Below, piece by piece: positions 18,001-36,000 of a DNA stretch of 64,000 bases. Origin of the DNA: Eledone cirrhosa (taxonomy: Eukaryota); the NCBI GenBank assembly GCA_964016885.1, contig OZ024742.1, forward strand, positions 360,840,001-360,904,000, in the 5' to 3' direction. Both the position numbers and the translations under genes were made by a program. The notes beneath the pieces were generated by a model. The model was not told the origin of the DNA. It did not search any database and saw only the letters and a program-made list of their open reading frames with translations. Numbering within the stretch: position 1 is the first letter of the stretch; each line of letters begins with the position of its first letter.

Positions 18001-21000
18001 CACACACACAGCATCTCACACACACAGCATCTCACACACACAGCATCTCACACACAGCATCTCACACACACAGCATCTCACACACACAGCATCTCACACA
18101 CACAGCATCTCACACACACAGCATCTCACACACACAGCATCTCACACACACAGCATCTCACACACACAGCATCTCACACACACAGCATCTCACACAGCAT
18201 CTCACACACAGCATCTCACACACACAACATCTCACACACAGCATCTCACACACACAGCATCTCACACATACAGCATCTCACACACACAGCATCTCACACA
18301 CACAGCATCTCACACACACAACATCTCACACACAGCATCTCACACACACAGCATCTCACACACACAGCATCTCACCCGCAGCATCTCACACACAGCATCT
18401 CACACACACAGCATCTCACACACACAGCATCTCACACACACAGCATCTCACACACACAGCATCTCACACACACAGCATCTCACATACACAGCATCTCACA
18501 CACAGCATCTCACACACACAGCATCTCACACACACAGCATCTCACATACACAGCATCTCACACACACAGCATCTCACACACACAGCATCTCACACACACA
18601 GCATCTCGCACATACAGCATCTCACACACAGCATCTCACACACACAGCATCTCACACACACAGCATCTCACACACACAGCATCTCACATACACAGCATCT
18701 CACACACACAGCATCTCGCACATACAGCATCTCACACACAGCATCTCACACACACAGCATCTCACACACACAGCATCTCACACACACAGCATCTCACACA
18801 TACAGCATCTCACACACACAGCATCTCACACACACAGCATCTCACACACAGCATCTCACACACAGCATCTCACACACACAGCATCTCACACATACAGCAT
18901 CTCACACACAGCATCTCACACACACAGCATCTCACACACACAGCATCTCACACACAGCATCTCACACACAGCATCTCACACACAGCATCTCACACACACA
19001 GCATCTCACACATACAGCATCTCACACACAGCATCTCACACACACAGCATCTCACACACACAGCATCTCACACACAGCATCTCACACACAGCATCTCACA
19101 CACACAGCATCTCACACACACAGCATCTCACACACAGCATCTCACACACACAGCATCTCACACACACAGCATCTCACACACACAGCATCTCACACACACA
19201 GCATCTCACACACACAGCATCTCACACACACAGCATCTCACACACACAGCATCTCACACACACAGCATCTCACACACACAGCATCTCACACACACAACAT
19301 CTCACACAAACAGCATCTCACACGCACAACATCTCACACACAGCATCTCACACACACAGCATCTCACACACACAGCATCTCACACACACAGCATCTCACC
19401 CGCAGCATCTCACACACAGCATCTCACACACACAGCATCTCACATACACAGCATCTCACACACACAGCATCTCACACACACAGCATCTCACACACACAGC
19501 ATCTCACACACACAGCATCTCACATAGACAGCATCTCACACACAGCATCTCACACACACAGCATCTCACACACACAGCATCTCACATACACAGCATCTCA
19601 CACACACAGCATCTCACACACACAGCATCTCACACACACAGCATCTCACACACAGCATCTCACACACACAGCATCTCACACATACAGCATCTCACACACA
19701 GCATCTCACACACACAGCATCTCACACACACACAGCATCTCACACACAGCATCTCACATACACAGCATCTCACACACACAGCATCTCACACATAGCATCT
19801 CACACACACAGCATCTCACACACAGCATCTCACACACACAGCATCTCACACACTGCATCTCACACACACAGCATCTCACACACACAGCATCTCGCACACA
19901 GCATCTCACACACACAGCATCTCACACACACAGCATCTCACACACACAGCATCTCACACACACATCATCTCACACACACAGCATCTCACACACAGCATCT
20001 CACACACACAGCATCTCACACACACAGCATCTCACACACACAGCATCTCACACACACAGCATCTCACACACACAGCATCTCACACAGCATCTCACACACA
20101 GCATCTCACACACACAACATCTCACACACAGCATCTCACACACACAGCATCTCACACATACAGCATCTCACACACACAGCATCTCACACACACAGCATCT
20201 CACACACACAACATCTCAGACACAGCATCTCACACACACAGCATCTCACACACACAGCATCTCACACACACAGCATCTCACACACACAGCATCTCACACA
20301 CAGCATCTCACACGCAGCATCTCACACACAGCATCTCACACACACAGCATCTCACATACACAGCATCTCACACACACAGCATCTCACACACACAGCATCT
20401 CACACACACAGCATCTCACACATAGCATCTCACACACACAGCATCTCACACACTGCATCTCACACACACAGCATCTCACACACACAGCATCTCACACACA
20501 GCATCTCACACACACAGCATCTCACACACACAGCATCTCACACACACAGCATCTCACACACACAGCATCTCACACACACAGCATCTCACACACAGCATCT
20601 CACACACACAGCATCTCACACACACAGCATCTCACACACACAGCATCTCACACACACAGCATCTCACACACACAGCATCTCACACACACAGCATCTCACA
20701 CACACAGCATCTCACACACACAGCATCTCACACAGCATCTCACACACAGCATCTCACACACACAACATCTCACACACAGCATCTCACACACACAGCATCT
20801 CACACATACAGCATCTCACACACACAGCATCTCACACACACAGCATCTCACACACACAACATCTCACACACAGCATCTCACACACACAGCATCTCACACA
20901 CACAGCATCTCACCCGCAGCATCTCACACACAGCATCTCACACACACAGCATCTCACATACACAGCATCTCACACACACAGCATCTCACACACACAGCAT

Positions 21001-24000
21001 CTCACACACACAGCATCTCACACACACAGCATCTCACACACACAGCATCTCACATACACAGCATCTCACACACAGCATCTCACACACACAGCATCTCACA
21101 CACACAGCATCTCACATACACAGCATCTCACACACACAGCATCTCACACACACAGCATCTCACACACACAGCATCTCGCACATACAGCATCTCACACACA
21201 GCATCTCACACACACAGCATCTCACACACACAGCATCTCACACACACAGCATCTCACATACACAGCATCTCACACACACAGCATCTCGCACATACAGCAT
21301 CTCACACACAGCATCTCACACACACAGCATCTCACACACACAGCATCTCACACACACAGCATCTCACACACACAGCATCTCACACACACAGCATCTCACA
21401 CACAGCATCTCACACACAGCATCTCACACACACAGCATCTCACACATACAGCATCTCACACACAGCATCTCACACACACAGCATCTCACACACACAGCAT
21501 CTCACACACAGCATCTCACACACAGCATCTCACACACAGCATCTCACACACACAGCATCTCACACATACAGCATCTCACACACAGCATCTCACACACACA
21601 GCATCTCACACACACAGCATCTCACACACAGCATCTCACACACAGCATCTCACACACACAGCATCTCACACACACAGCATCTCACACACAGCATCTCACA
21701 CACACAGCATCTCACACACACAGCATCTCACACACACAGCATCTCACACACACAGCATCTCACACACACAGCATCTCACACACACAGCATCTCACACACA
21801 CAGCATCTCACACACACAGCATCTCACACACACAGCATCTCACACACACAACATCTCACACAAACAGCATCTCACACGCACAACATCTCACACACAGCAT
21901 CTCACACACACAGCATCTCACACACACAGCATCTCACACACACAGCATCTCACCCGCAGCATCTCACACACAGCATCTCACACACACAGCATCTCACATA
22001 CACAGCATCTCACACACACAGCATCTCACACACACAGCATCTCACACACACAGCATCTCACACACACAGCATCTCACACACACAGCATCTCACATAGACA
22101 GCATCTCACACACAGCATCTCACACACACAGCATCTCACACACACAGCATCTCACATACACAGCATCTCACACACACAGCATCTCACACACACAGCATCT
22201 CACACACACAGCATCTCACACACACAGCATCTCACACACACAGCATCTCACACACACAGCATCTCACACACACAGCATCTCACATACACAGCATCTCACA
22301 CACACAGCATCTCGCACATACAGCATCTCACACACAGCATCTCACACACAGCATCTCACACACACAGCATCTCACACACACAGCATCTCACACACACAGC
22401 ATCTCACACACAGCATCTCACACATACAGCATCACACACATACAGCATCTCACACACAGCATCTCACACACACAGCATCTCACACACACGGCATCTCACA
22501 CACACAGCATCTCACACACAGCATCTCACACATACAGCATCACACACACACAGCATCTCACACACACAGCATCTCTCACACACAGCATCTGACACATACA
22601 GCATCTCACACACACAGCATCTCACACACACAGCATCTCACACACACAGTATCTCACACACACAGCATCTCACACACAGCATCTCACACATACAGCATCT
22701 CACACACAGCATCTCACACACAGCATCTCACACACAGCATCTCACACACACAGCATCTCACACACACAGCATCTCACACACACAGCATCTCGCGCATACA
22801 GCATCTCACACACAGCATCTCACACACAGCATCTCACACACACAGCATCTCACACACAGCATCTCACTCACACAGCATCTCACACACACAGCATCTCACA
22901 CACACAGCATCTCAAATACACAGCATCTGACACACAGCATCTCACACACACAGCATCTCACACACAGCATCTCACATACACAGCATCTCACACACACAGC
23001 ATCTCACACACAGCATCTCACACACAGCATCTCACACACACAGCATCTCACACACAGCATCTCACACACACAGCATCTCACATACACAGCATCTCACACA
23101 CAGCATCTCACACACACGGCATCTCACACACACAGCATCTCACACATACAACAACTCACACACAGCATCTCACACACACAGCATCTCACACACACAGCAT
23201 CTCACACACACAGCATCTCACACACAGCATCTCACACATACAGCATCTCACACACAGCATCTCACACACACAGCATCTCACACACACAGCATCTCACACA
23301 TACAGCATCTCACACACAGCATCTCACACATACAGCATCTCACACACAGCATCTCACACACACAGCATCTCACACACACAGCATCTCACACACAGCATCT
23401 CACACACACAGAATCTCACACACACAGCATCTCACACACACAGCATCTCACACACACAGCATCTCACACACACAGCATCTCTCACACAGCATCTCACACA
23501 CAGCATCTCACACACAGCATCTCACACACACAGCATCTCACACCCACAGCATCTCACACACACAGCATCTCACACACACAGCATCTCACACACACAGCAT
23601 CTCACACATACAGCATCTCACACACACAGCATCTCTCACACAGCATCTCTCACACACAGCATCTCAAACACAGCATCTCACACACACAACATCTCACACA
23701 CACAGCATCTCACACACAGCATCTCACACACAGCATCTCAGACACACAGCATCTCACACACACAGCATCTCACACACAGCATCTCACACACACCATCTCA
23801 CACACACAGCATCTCACACACACAGCATCTCACACACACAGCATCTCACACACACAGCATCTCACACATACAGCATCTCACACACAGCATCTCACACACA
23901 GCATCTCACACACAGCATCTCACACACACAGCATCTCTCACACAGCATCTCACACACACAGCATCTCACACATACAGCATCTCACACACAGCATCTCACA

Positions 24001-27000
24001 CAGCATCTCACACACAGCATCTCACACACACAGCATCTCACACACACAGCATCTCACACGCACAGCATCTCACACACAGCATCTCACACACACAGCATCT
24101 CACACACACAGCATCTCACACATACAGCATCTCACACACAGCATCTCACACACACAGCATCTCACACACACAACATCTCACACACACAGCATCTCACACA
24201 CACAGCATCTCACACACAGCATCTCACACATACAGCATCACACACACACAGCATCTCACACACACAGCATCTCACACACACAGCATCTCACACACACAGC
24301 ATCTCACACACACAGCATATCACACACACAGCATCTCACACATACAGCATCTCACACACACAGCATCTCACACACACAGCATCTCACACACACAGCATCT
24401 CACACACAGCATCTCACACATACAGCATCTCACACACAGCATCTCACACACAGCATCTCACACACAGCATCTCACACACACAGCATCTCACACACACAGC
24501 ATCTCACACACACAGCATCTCACACATACAGCATCTCACACACAGCATCTCACACACACAGCATCTCACACACACAGCATCTCACACACACAGCATCTCA
24601 CACATACAGCATCTCACACACACAGCATCTCACACACACAGCATCTCACACACAGCATCTCACACACAGCATCTCACACACACAGCATCTCACACATACA
24701 GCATCTCACACACAGCATCTCACACACACAGCATCTCACACACAGCATCTCACACACAGCATCTCACATACACAGCATCTCACACACACAGCATCTCACA
24801 CACAGCATCTCACACACACAGCATCTCACACACAGCATCTCACACAAACAGCATCTCACACACAGCAGCTCACACACAGCATCTCACACACAGCATCTCA
24901 CACACACAGCATCTCACACACACAGCATCTCACACACACAGCATCTCACACACACAGCATCTCACACACACAGCATCTCACACACAGCATCTCACACACA
25001 CAGCATCTCACACATACAGCATCTCACACACGGCATCTCACACACACAGCATCTCACACACACACAGCATCTCACATACACAGCATCTCACACACACAGC
25101 ATCTCACACATAGCATCTCACACACACAGCATCTCACACACAGCATCTCACACACACAGCATCTCACACACTGCATCTCACACACACAGCATCTCACACA
25201 CACAGCATCTCGCACACAGCATCTCACACACACAGCATCTCACACACACAGCATCTCACACACACAGCATCTCACACACACATCATCTCACACACACAGC
25301 ATCTCACACACAGCATCTCACACACACAGCATCTCACACACACAGCATCTCACACACACAGCATCTCACACACACAGCATCTCACACACACAGCATCTCA
25401 CACAGCATCTCACACACAGCATCTCACACACACAACATCTCACACACAGCATCTCACACACACAGCATCTCACACATACAGCATCTCACACACACAGCAT
25501 CTCACACACACAGCATCTCACACACACAGCATCTCACACACACAACATCTCAGACACAGCATCTCACACACACAGCATCTCACACACACAGCATCTCACA
25601 CACACAGCATCTCACATACAGCATCTCACATGCAGCATCTCACACACAGCATCTCACACACACAGCATCTCACATACACAGCATCTCACACACACAGCAT
25701 CTCACACACACAGCATCTCACACACACAGCATCTCACACATAGCATCTCACACACACAGCATCTCACACACTGCATCTCACACACACAGCATCTCACACA
25801 CACAGCATCTCACACACAGCATCTCACACACACAGCATCTCACACACACAGCATCTCACACACACAGCATCTCACACACACAGCATCTCACACACACAGC
25901 ATCTCACACACACAGCATCTCACACACAGCATCTCACACACACAGCATCTCACACACACAGCATCTCACACACACAGCATCTCACACACACAGCATCTCA
26001 CACACACAGCATCTCACACACACACAGCATCTCACACACACAGCATCTCACACACACAGCATCTCACACAGCATCTCACACACAGCATCTCACACACACA
26101 ACATCTCACACACAGCATCTCACACACACAGCATCTCACACATACAGCATCTCACACACACAGCATCTCACACACACAGCATCTCACACACACAGCATCT
26201 CACACACACAGCATCTCACACACACAGCATCTCACACACACAGCATCTCACACACACAGCATCTCACACACACAGCATCTCACACACACAACATCTCACA
26301 CACAGCATCTCACACACACAGCATCTCACACACACAGCATCTCACACACACAGCATCTCACACAAACAGCATCTCACACACACAACATCTCACACACAGC
26401 ATCTCACACACACAGCATCTCACACACACAGCATCTCACACACACAGCATCTCACCCGCAGCATCTCACATACACAGCATCTCACACACACAGCATCTCA
26501 CACACAGCATCTCACACACACAGCATCTCACACACAGCATCTCACACAAACAGCATCTCACACACAGCAGCTCACACACAGCATCTCACACACAGCATCT
26601 CACACACACAGCATCTCACACACACAGCATCTCACACACACAGCATCTCACACACACAGCATCTCACACACAGCATCTCACACACACAGCATCTCACACA
26701 TACAGCATCTCACACACAGCATCTCACACACACAGCATCTCACACACACACAGCATCTCAAACACAGCATCTCACATACACAGCATCTCACACACACAGC
26801 ATCTCACACATAGCATCTCACACACACAGCATCTCACACACAGCATCTCACACACACAGCATCTCACACACTGTATCTCACACACACAGCATCTCACACA
26901 CACAGCATCTCGCACACAGCATCTCACACACACAGCATCTCACACACACAGCATCTCACACACACAGCATCTCACACACACATCATCTCACACACACAGC

Positions 27001-30000
27001 ATCTCACACACAGCATCTCACACACACAGCATCTCACACACACAGCATCTCACACACACAGCATCTCACACACACAGCATCTCACACACACAGCATCTCA
27101 CACAGCATCTCACACACAGCATCTCACACACACAACATCTCACACACAGCATCTCACACACACAGCATCTCACACATACAGCATCTCACACACACAGCAT
27201 CTCACACACACAGCATCTCACACACACAGCATCTCACACACACAGCATCTCACACACACAACATCTCAGACACAGCATCTCACACACACAGCATCTCACA
27301 CACACAGCATCTCACACACACAGCATCTCACACACACAGCATCTCACACACAGCATCTCACACGCAGCATCTCACACACAGCATCTCACACACACAGCAT
27401 CTCACATACACAGCATCTCACACACACAGCATCTCACACACACAGCATCTCACACACACAGCATCTCACACATAGCATCTCACACACACAGCATCTCACA
27501 CACTGCATCTCACACACACAGCATCTCACACACACAGCATCTCACACACAGCATCTCACACACACAGCATCTCACACACACAGCATCTCACACACACAGC
27601 ATCTCACACACACAGCATCTCACACACACAGCATCTCACACACAGCATCTCACACACACAGCATCTCACACACACAGCATCTCACACACACAGCATCTCA
27701 CACACACAGCATCTCACACACACAGCATCTCACACACACAGCATCTCACACACACAGCATCTCACACACACAGCATCTCACACAGCATCTCACACACAGC
27801 ATCTCACACACACAACATCTCACACACAGCATCTCACACACACAGCATCTCACACATACAGCATCTCACACACACAGCATCTCACACACACAGCATCTCA
27901 CACACACAGCATCTCACACACACAGCATCTCACACACACAGCATCTCACACACACAGCATCTCACACACACAGCATCTCACACACAGCATCTCACACACA
28001 CAGCATCTCACACATACAGCATCTCACACACGGCATCTCACACACACAGCATCTCACACACACACAGCATCTCACATACACAGCATCTCACACACACAGC
28101 ATCTCACACATAGCATCTCACACACACAGCATCTCACACACAGCATCTCACACACACAGCATCTCACACACTGCATCTCACACACACAGCATCTCACACA
28201 CACAGCATCTCGCACACAGCATCTCACACACACAGCATCTCACACACACAGCATCTCACACACACAGCATCTCACACACACATCATCTCACACACACAGC
28301 ATCTCACACACAGCATCTCACACACACAGCATCTCACACACACAGCATCTCACACACACAGCATCTCACACACACAGCATCTCACACACACAGCATCTCA
28401 CACAGCATCTCACACACAGCATCTCACACACACAACATCTCACACACAGCATCTCACACACACAGCATCTCACACATACAGCATCTCACACACACAGCAT
28501 CTCACACACACAGCATCTCACACACACAGCATCTCACACACACAACATCTCAGACACAGCATCTCACACACACAGCATCTCACACACACAGCATCTCACA
28601 CACACAGCATCTCACATACAGCATCTCACATGCAGCATCTCACACACAGCATCTCACACACACAGCATCTCACATACACAGCATCTCACACACACAGCAT
28701 CTCACACACACAGCATCTCACACACACAGCATCTCACACATAGCATCTCACACACACAGCATCTCACACACTGCATCTCACACACACAGCATCTCACACA
28801 CACAGCATCTCACACACAGCATCTCACACACACAGCATCTCACACACACAGCATCTCACACACACAGCATCTCACACACACAGCATCTCACACACACAGC
28901 ATCTCACACACACAGCATCTCACACACAGCATCTCACACACACAGCATCTCACACACACAGCATCTCACACACACAGCATCTCACACACACAGCATCTCA
29001 CACACACAGCATCTCACACACACACAGCATCTCACACACACAGCATCTCACACACACAGCATCTCACACAGCATCTCACACACAGCATCTCACACACACA
29101 ACATCTCACACACAGCATCTCACACACACAGCATCTCACACATACAGCATCTCACACACACAGCATCTCACACACACAGCATCTCACACACACAGCATCT
29201 CACACACACAGCATCTCACACACACAGCATCTCACACACACAGCATCTCACACACACAGCATCTCACACACACAGCATCTCACACACACAACATCTCACA
29301 CACAGCATCTCACACACACAGCATCTCACACACACAGCATCTCACACACACAGCATCTCACACAAACAGCATCTCACACACACAACATCTCACACACAGC
29401 ATCTCACACACACAGCATCTCACACACACAGCATCTCACACACACAGCATCTCACCCGCAGCATCTCACATACACAGCATCTCACACACACAGCATCTCA
29501 CACACAGCATCTCACACACACAGCATCTCACACACAGCATCTCACACAAACAGCATCTCACACACAGCAGCTCACACACAGCATCTCACACACAGCATCT
29601 CACACACACAGCATCTCACACACACAGCATCTCACACACACAGCATCTCACACACACAGCATCTCACACACAGCATCTCACACACACAGCATCTCACACA
29701 TACAGCATCTCACACACAGCATCTCACACACACAGCATCTCACACACACACAGCATCTCAAACACAGCATCTCACATACACAGCATCTCACACACACAGC
29801 ATCTCACACATAGCATCTCACACACACAGCATCTCACACACAGCATCTCACACACACAGCATCTCACACACTGTATCTCACACACACAGCATCTCACACA
29901 CACAGCATCTCGCACACAGCATCTCACACACACAGCATCTCACACACACAGCATCTCACACACACAGCATCTCACACACACATCATCTCACACACACAGC

Positions 30001-33000
30001 ATCTCACACACAGCATCTCACACACACAGCATCTCACACACACAGCATCTCACACACACAGCATCTCACACACACAGCATCTCACACACACAGCATCTCA
30101 CACAGCATCTCACACACAGCATCTCACACACACAACATCTCACACACAGCATCTCACACACACAGCATCTCACACATACAGCATCTCACACACACAGCAT
30201 CTCACACACACAGCATCTCACACACACAGCATCTCACACACACAGCATCTCACACACACAACATCTCAGACACAGCATCTCACACACACAGCATCTCACA
30301 CACACAGCATCTCACACACACAGCATCTCACACACACAGCATCTCACACACAGCATCTCACACGCAGCATCTCACACACAGCATCTCACACACACAGCAT
30401 CTCACATACACAGCATCTCACACACACAGCATCTCACACACACAGCATCTCACACACACAGCATCTCACACATAGCATCTCACACACACAGCATCTCACA
30501 CACTGCATCTCACACACACAGCATCTCACACACACAGCATCTCACACACAGCATCTCACACACACAGCATCTCACACACACAGCATCTCACACACACAGC
30601 ATCTCACACACACAGCATCTCACACACACAGCATCTCACACACAGCATCTCACACACACAGCATCTCACACACACAGCATCTCACACACACAGCATCTCA
30701 CACACACAGCATCTCACACACACAGCATCTCACACACACAGCATCTCACACACACAGCATCTCACACACACAGCATCTCACACAGCATCTCACACACAGC
30801 ATCTCACACACACAACATCTCACACACAGCATCTCACACACACAGCATCTCACACATACAGCATCTCACACACACAGCATCTCACACACACAGCATCTCA
30901 CACACACAGCATCTCACACACACAGCATCTCACACACACAGCATCTCACACACACAGCATCTCACACACACAGCATCTCACACACACAGCATCTCACACA
31001 CACAACATCTCACACACAGCATCTCACACACACAGCATCTCACACACACAGCATCTCACACACACAGCATCTCACACAAACAGCATCTCACACACACAAC
31101 ATCTCATACACAGCATCTCACACACACAGCATCTCACACACACAGCATCTCACACACACAGCATCTCACCCGCAGCATCTCACACACAGCATCTCACACA
31201 CACAGCATCTCACATACACAGCATCTCACACACACAGCATCTCACACACACAGCATCTCACACACACAGCATCTCACACACACAGCATCTCACACACACA
31301 GCATCTCACACACACAGCATCTCACACACACAGCATCTCACATACACAGCATCTCACACACAGCATCTCACACACACAGCATCTCACACACACAGCATCT
31401 CACATACACAGCATCTCACACACACAGCATCTCACACACACAGCATCTCACACACACAGCATCTCACACACACAGCATCTCACACACACAGCATCTCACA
31501 CACACAGCATCTCACATACACAGCATCTCACACACACAGCATCTCGCACATACAGCATCTCACACACAGCATCTCACACACACAGCATCTCACACACACA
31601 GCATCTCACACACACAGCATCTCACACATACAGCATCTCACACACACAGCATCTCACACACACAGCATCTCACACACAGCATCTCACACACAGCATCTCA
31701 CACACACAGCATCTCACACATACAGCATCTCACACACAGCATCTCACACACACAGCATCTCACACACACAGCATCTCACACACAGCATCTCACACACAGC
31801 ATCTCACATACACAGCATCTCACACACACAGCATCTCACACACAGCATCTCACACACACAGCATCTCACACACAGCATCTCACACAAACAGCATCTCACA
31901 CACAGCATCTCACACACAGCATCTCACACACACAGCATCTCACACACACAGCATCTCACACACACAGCATCTCACACTCACAGCATCTCACACACACAGC
32001 ATCTCACACACACAGTATCTCACACACACAGCATCTCACACACAGCATCTCACACACAGCATCTCACACACTCAGCATCTCACACATTCAGCATCTCACA
32101 CACAGCATCTCACACACGCAGCATCTCACACACACAGCATCTCACACACAGCATCTCACATACACAGCATCTCACACACACAGCATCTCACACATAGCAT
32201 CTCACACACACAGCATCTCACACACTGCATCTCACACACACAGCATCTCACACACACAGCATCTCACACACAGCATCTCACACACACAGCATCTCACACA
32301 CACAGCATCTCACACACACAGCATCTCACACACACAGCATCTCACACACACAGCATCTCACACACACAGCATCTCACACACACAGCATCTCACACACACA
32401 GCATCTCACACAGCATCTCACACACAGCATCTCACACACACAACATCTCACACACACAACATCTCACACACAGCATCTCACACACACAGCATCTCACACA
32501 TACAGCATCTCACACACACAGCATCTCACACACACAGCATCTCACACACACAGCATCTCACACACACAGCATCTCACACACACAGCATCTCACACACACA
32601 GCATCTCACACACACAACATCTCACACACAGCATCTCACACACACAGCATCTCACACACACAGCATCTCACACACACAACATCTCACACAAACAGCATCT
32701 CACACACACAACATCTCACACACAGCATCTCACACACACAGCATCTCACACACACAGCATCTCACACACACAGCATCTCACCCGCAGCATCTCACACACA
32801 GCATCTCACACACACAGCATCTCACATACACAGCATCTCACACACACAGCATCTCACACACACAGCATCTCACACACACAGCATCTCACACACACAGCAT
32901 CTCACACACACAGCATCTCACACACACAGCATCTCACACACACAGCATCTCACATACGCAGCATCTCACACACACAGCATCTCGCAGAAACAGCATCTCA

Positions 33001-36000
33001 CACACAGCATCTCACACACAGCATCTCACACACACAGCATCTCACACACAGCATCTCACACACACAGCATCTCACACACACAGTATCTCACACACACAGC
33101 ATCTCAAATACACAGCATCTGACACACACAGCATCTCACACACACAGTATCTCACACACACAGCATCTCACACACACAGCATCTCACATACACAGCATCT
33201 CACACACACAGCATCTCACACACACAGCATCTCACACACACAGCATCTCACACACACAGCATCTCACATACACAGCATCTCACACACACAGCATCTCACA
33301 CACACAGCATCTCACACACAGCATCTCACACACAGCATCTCACACACACAGCATCTCACACACAGCATCTCACACACACAGCATCTCACATACACAGCAT
33401 CTCACACACAGCATCTCACACACACAGCATCTCACACACACAGCATCTCACACACAGCATCTCACACATACAGCATCTCACACACAGCATCTCACACACA
33501 CAGCATCTCACACACACAGCATCTCACACATACAACATCTCACACACAGCATCTCACACACACAGCATCTCACACACACAGCATCTCACACACACAGCAT
33601 CTCACACACAGCATCTCACACATACAGCATCTCACACACAGCATTTCACACACACAGCATCTCACACACACAGCATCTCACACATACAGCATCTCACACA
33701 CAGCATCTCACACATACAGCATCTCACACACAGCATCTCACACACACAGAATCTCACACACACAGCATCTCACACACACAGCATCTCACACACACAGCAT
33801 CTCTCACACAGCATCTCTCACACAGCATCTCACACACAGCATCTCAAACACAGCATCTCACACACACAACATCTCACACACACAGCATCTCACACATAGC
33901 ATCTCACACATAGCATCTCACACACACAGCATCTCACACACACAGCATCTCACACATACAGCATCTCACACACAGCATCTCACACACAGCATCTCACACA
34001 CACAGCATCTCACACACACAGCATCTCACACACACAGCATCTCACACACACAGCATCTCACACATACAGCATCTCACACACAGCATCTCACACACAGCAT
34101 CTCACACACACAGCATCTCACACACAGCATCTCTCACACAGCATCTCACACACAGCATCTCACGCACACAGCATCTCACACATACAGCATCTCACACACA
34201 GCATCTCACACACAGCATCTCACACACACAGCATCTCACACACACAGCATCTCACACACACAGCATCTCACACACAGCATCTCACACACACAGCATCTCA
34301 CACACACAGCATCTCACACACACAGCATCTCACACATACAGCATCTCACACACAGCATCTCACACACACAGCATCTCACACACACAGCATCTCACACACA
34401 CAGCATCTCACACACAGCATCTCACACATACAGCATCATACACACACAGCATCTCACACACACAGCATCTCTCACACACAGCATCTGACACATACAGCAT
34501 CTCACACACACAGCATCTCACACACACAGCATCTCACACACACAGCATCTCACACACACAGCATCTCACACATACAGCATCTCACACACACAGCATCTCA
34601 CACACACAGTATCTCACACACACAGCATCTCACACACAGCATCTCACACATACAGCATCTCACACACAGCATCTCACACACACAGCATCTCACACACACA
34701 GCATCTCACACACACAGCATCTCGCGCATACAGCATCTCACACACAGCATCTCACACACAGCATCTCACACACACAGCATCTCACACACAGCATCTCACA
34801 CACACAGCATCTCACACACACAGCATCTCACACACACAGCATCTCAAATAGACAGCATCTGACACACAGCATCTCACACACACAGCATCTCACACACAGC
34901 ATCTCACATACACAGCATCTCACACACACACTATCTCACACACAGCATCTCACACACAGCATCTCACACACAGCATCTCACACACAGCATCTCACACACA
35001 CAGCATCTCACATACACAGCATCTCACACACAGCATCTCACACACACGGCATCTCACACACACAGCATCTCACACATACAACAACTCACACACAGCATCT
35101 CACACACACAGCATCTCACACACACAGCATCTCACACACACAGCATCTCACACACACAGCATCTCACACACAGCATCTCACACATACAGCATCTCACACA
35201 CAGCATCTCACACACACAGCATCTCACACACACAGCATCTCACACATACAGCATCTCACACACAGCATCTCACACATACAGCATCTCACACACAGCATCT
35301 CACACACACAGAATCTCACACACACAGCATCTCACACACACAGCATCTCACACACACAGCATCTCACACACACAGCATCTCTCACACAGCATCTCACACA
35401 CAGCATCTCACACACACAGCATCTCACACCCACAGCATCTCACACACACAGCATCTCACACACACAGCATCTCACACACACAGCATCTCACACATACAGC
35501 ATCTCACACACACAGCATCTCTCACACAGCATCTCACACACAGCATCTCAAACACAGCATCTCACACACACAACATCTCACACACACAGCATCTCACACA
35601 CAGCATCTCACACACACAGCATCTCACACACACAGCATCTCTCACACAGCATCTCACACACAGCATCTCACACACACAGCATCTCACACCCACAGCATCT
35701 CACACACACAGCATCTCACACACACAGCATCTCACACACACAGCATCTCACACATACAGCATCTCACACACACAGCATCTCTCACACAGCATCTCACACA
35801 CAGCATCTCAAACACAGCATCTCACACACACAACATCTCACACACACAGCATCTCTCACACAGCATCTCACACACAGCATCTCACACACAGCATCTCACA
35901 CACAGCATCTCACACACACAGCATCTCACACACACAGCATCTCACACACAGCATCTCACACACACAGCATCTCACACACACAGCATCTCACACACACAGC

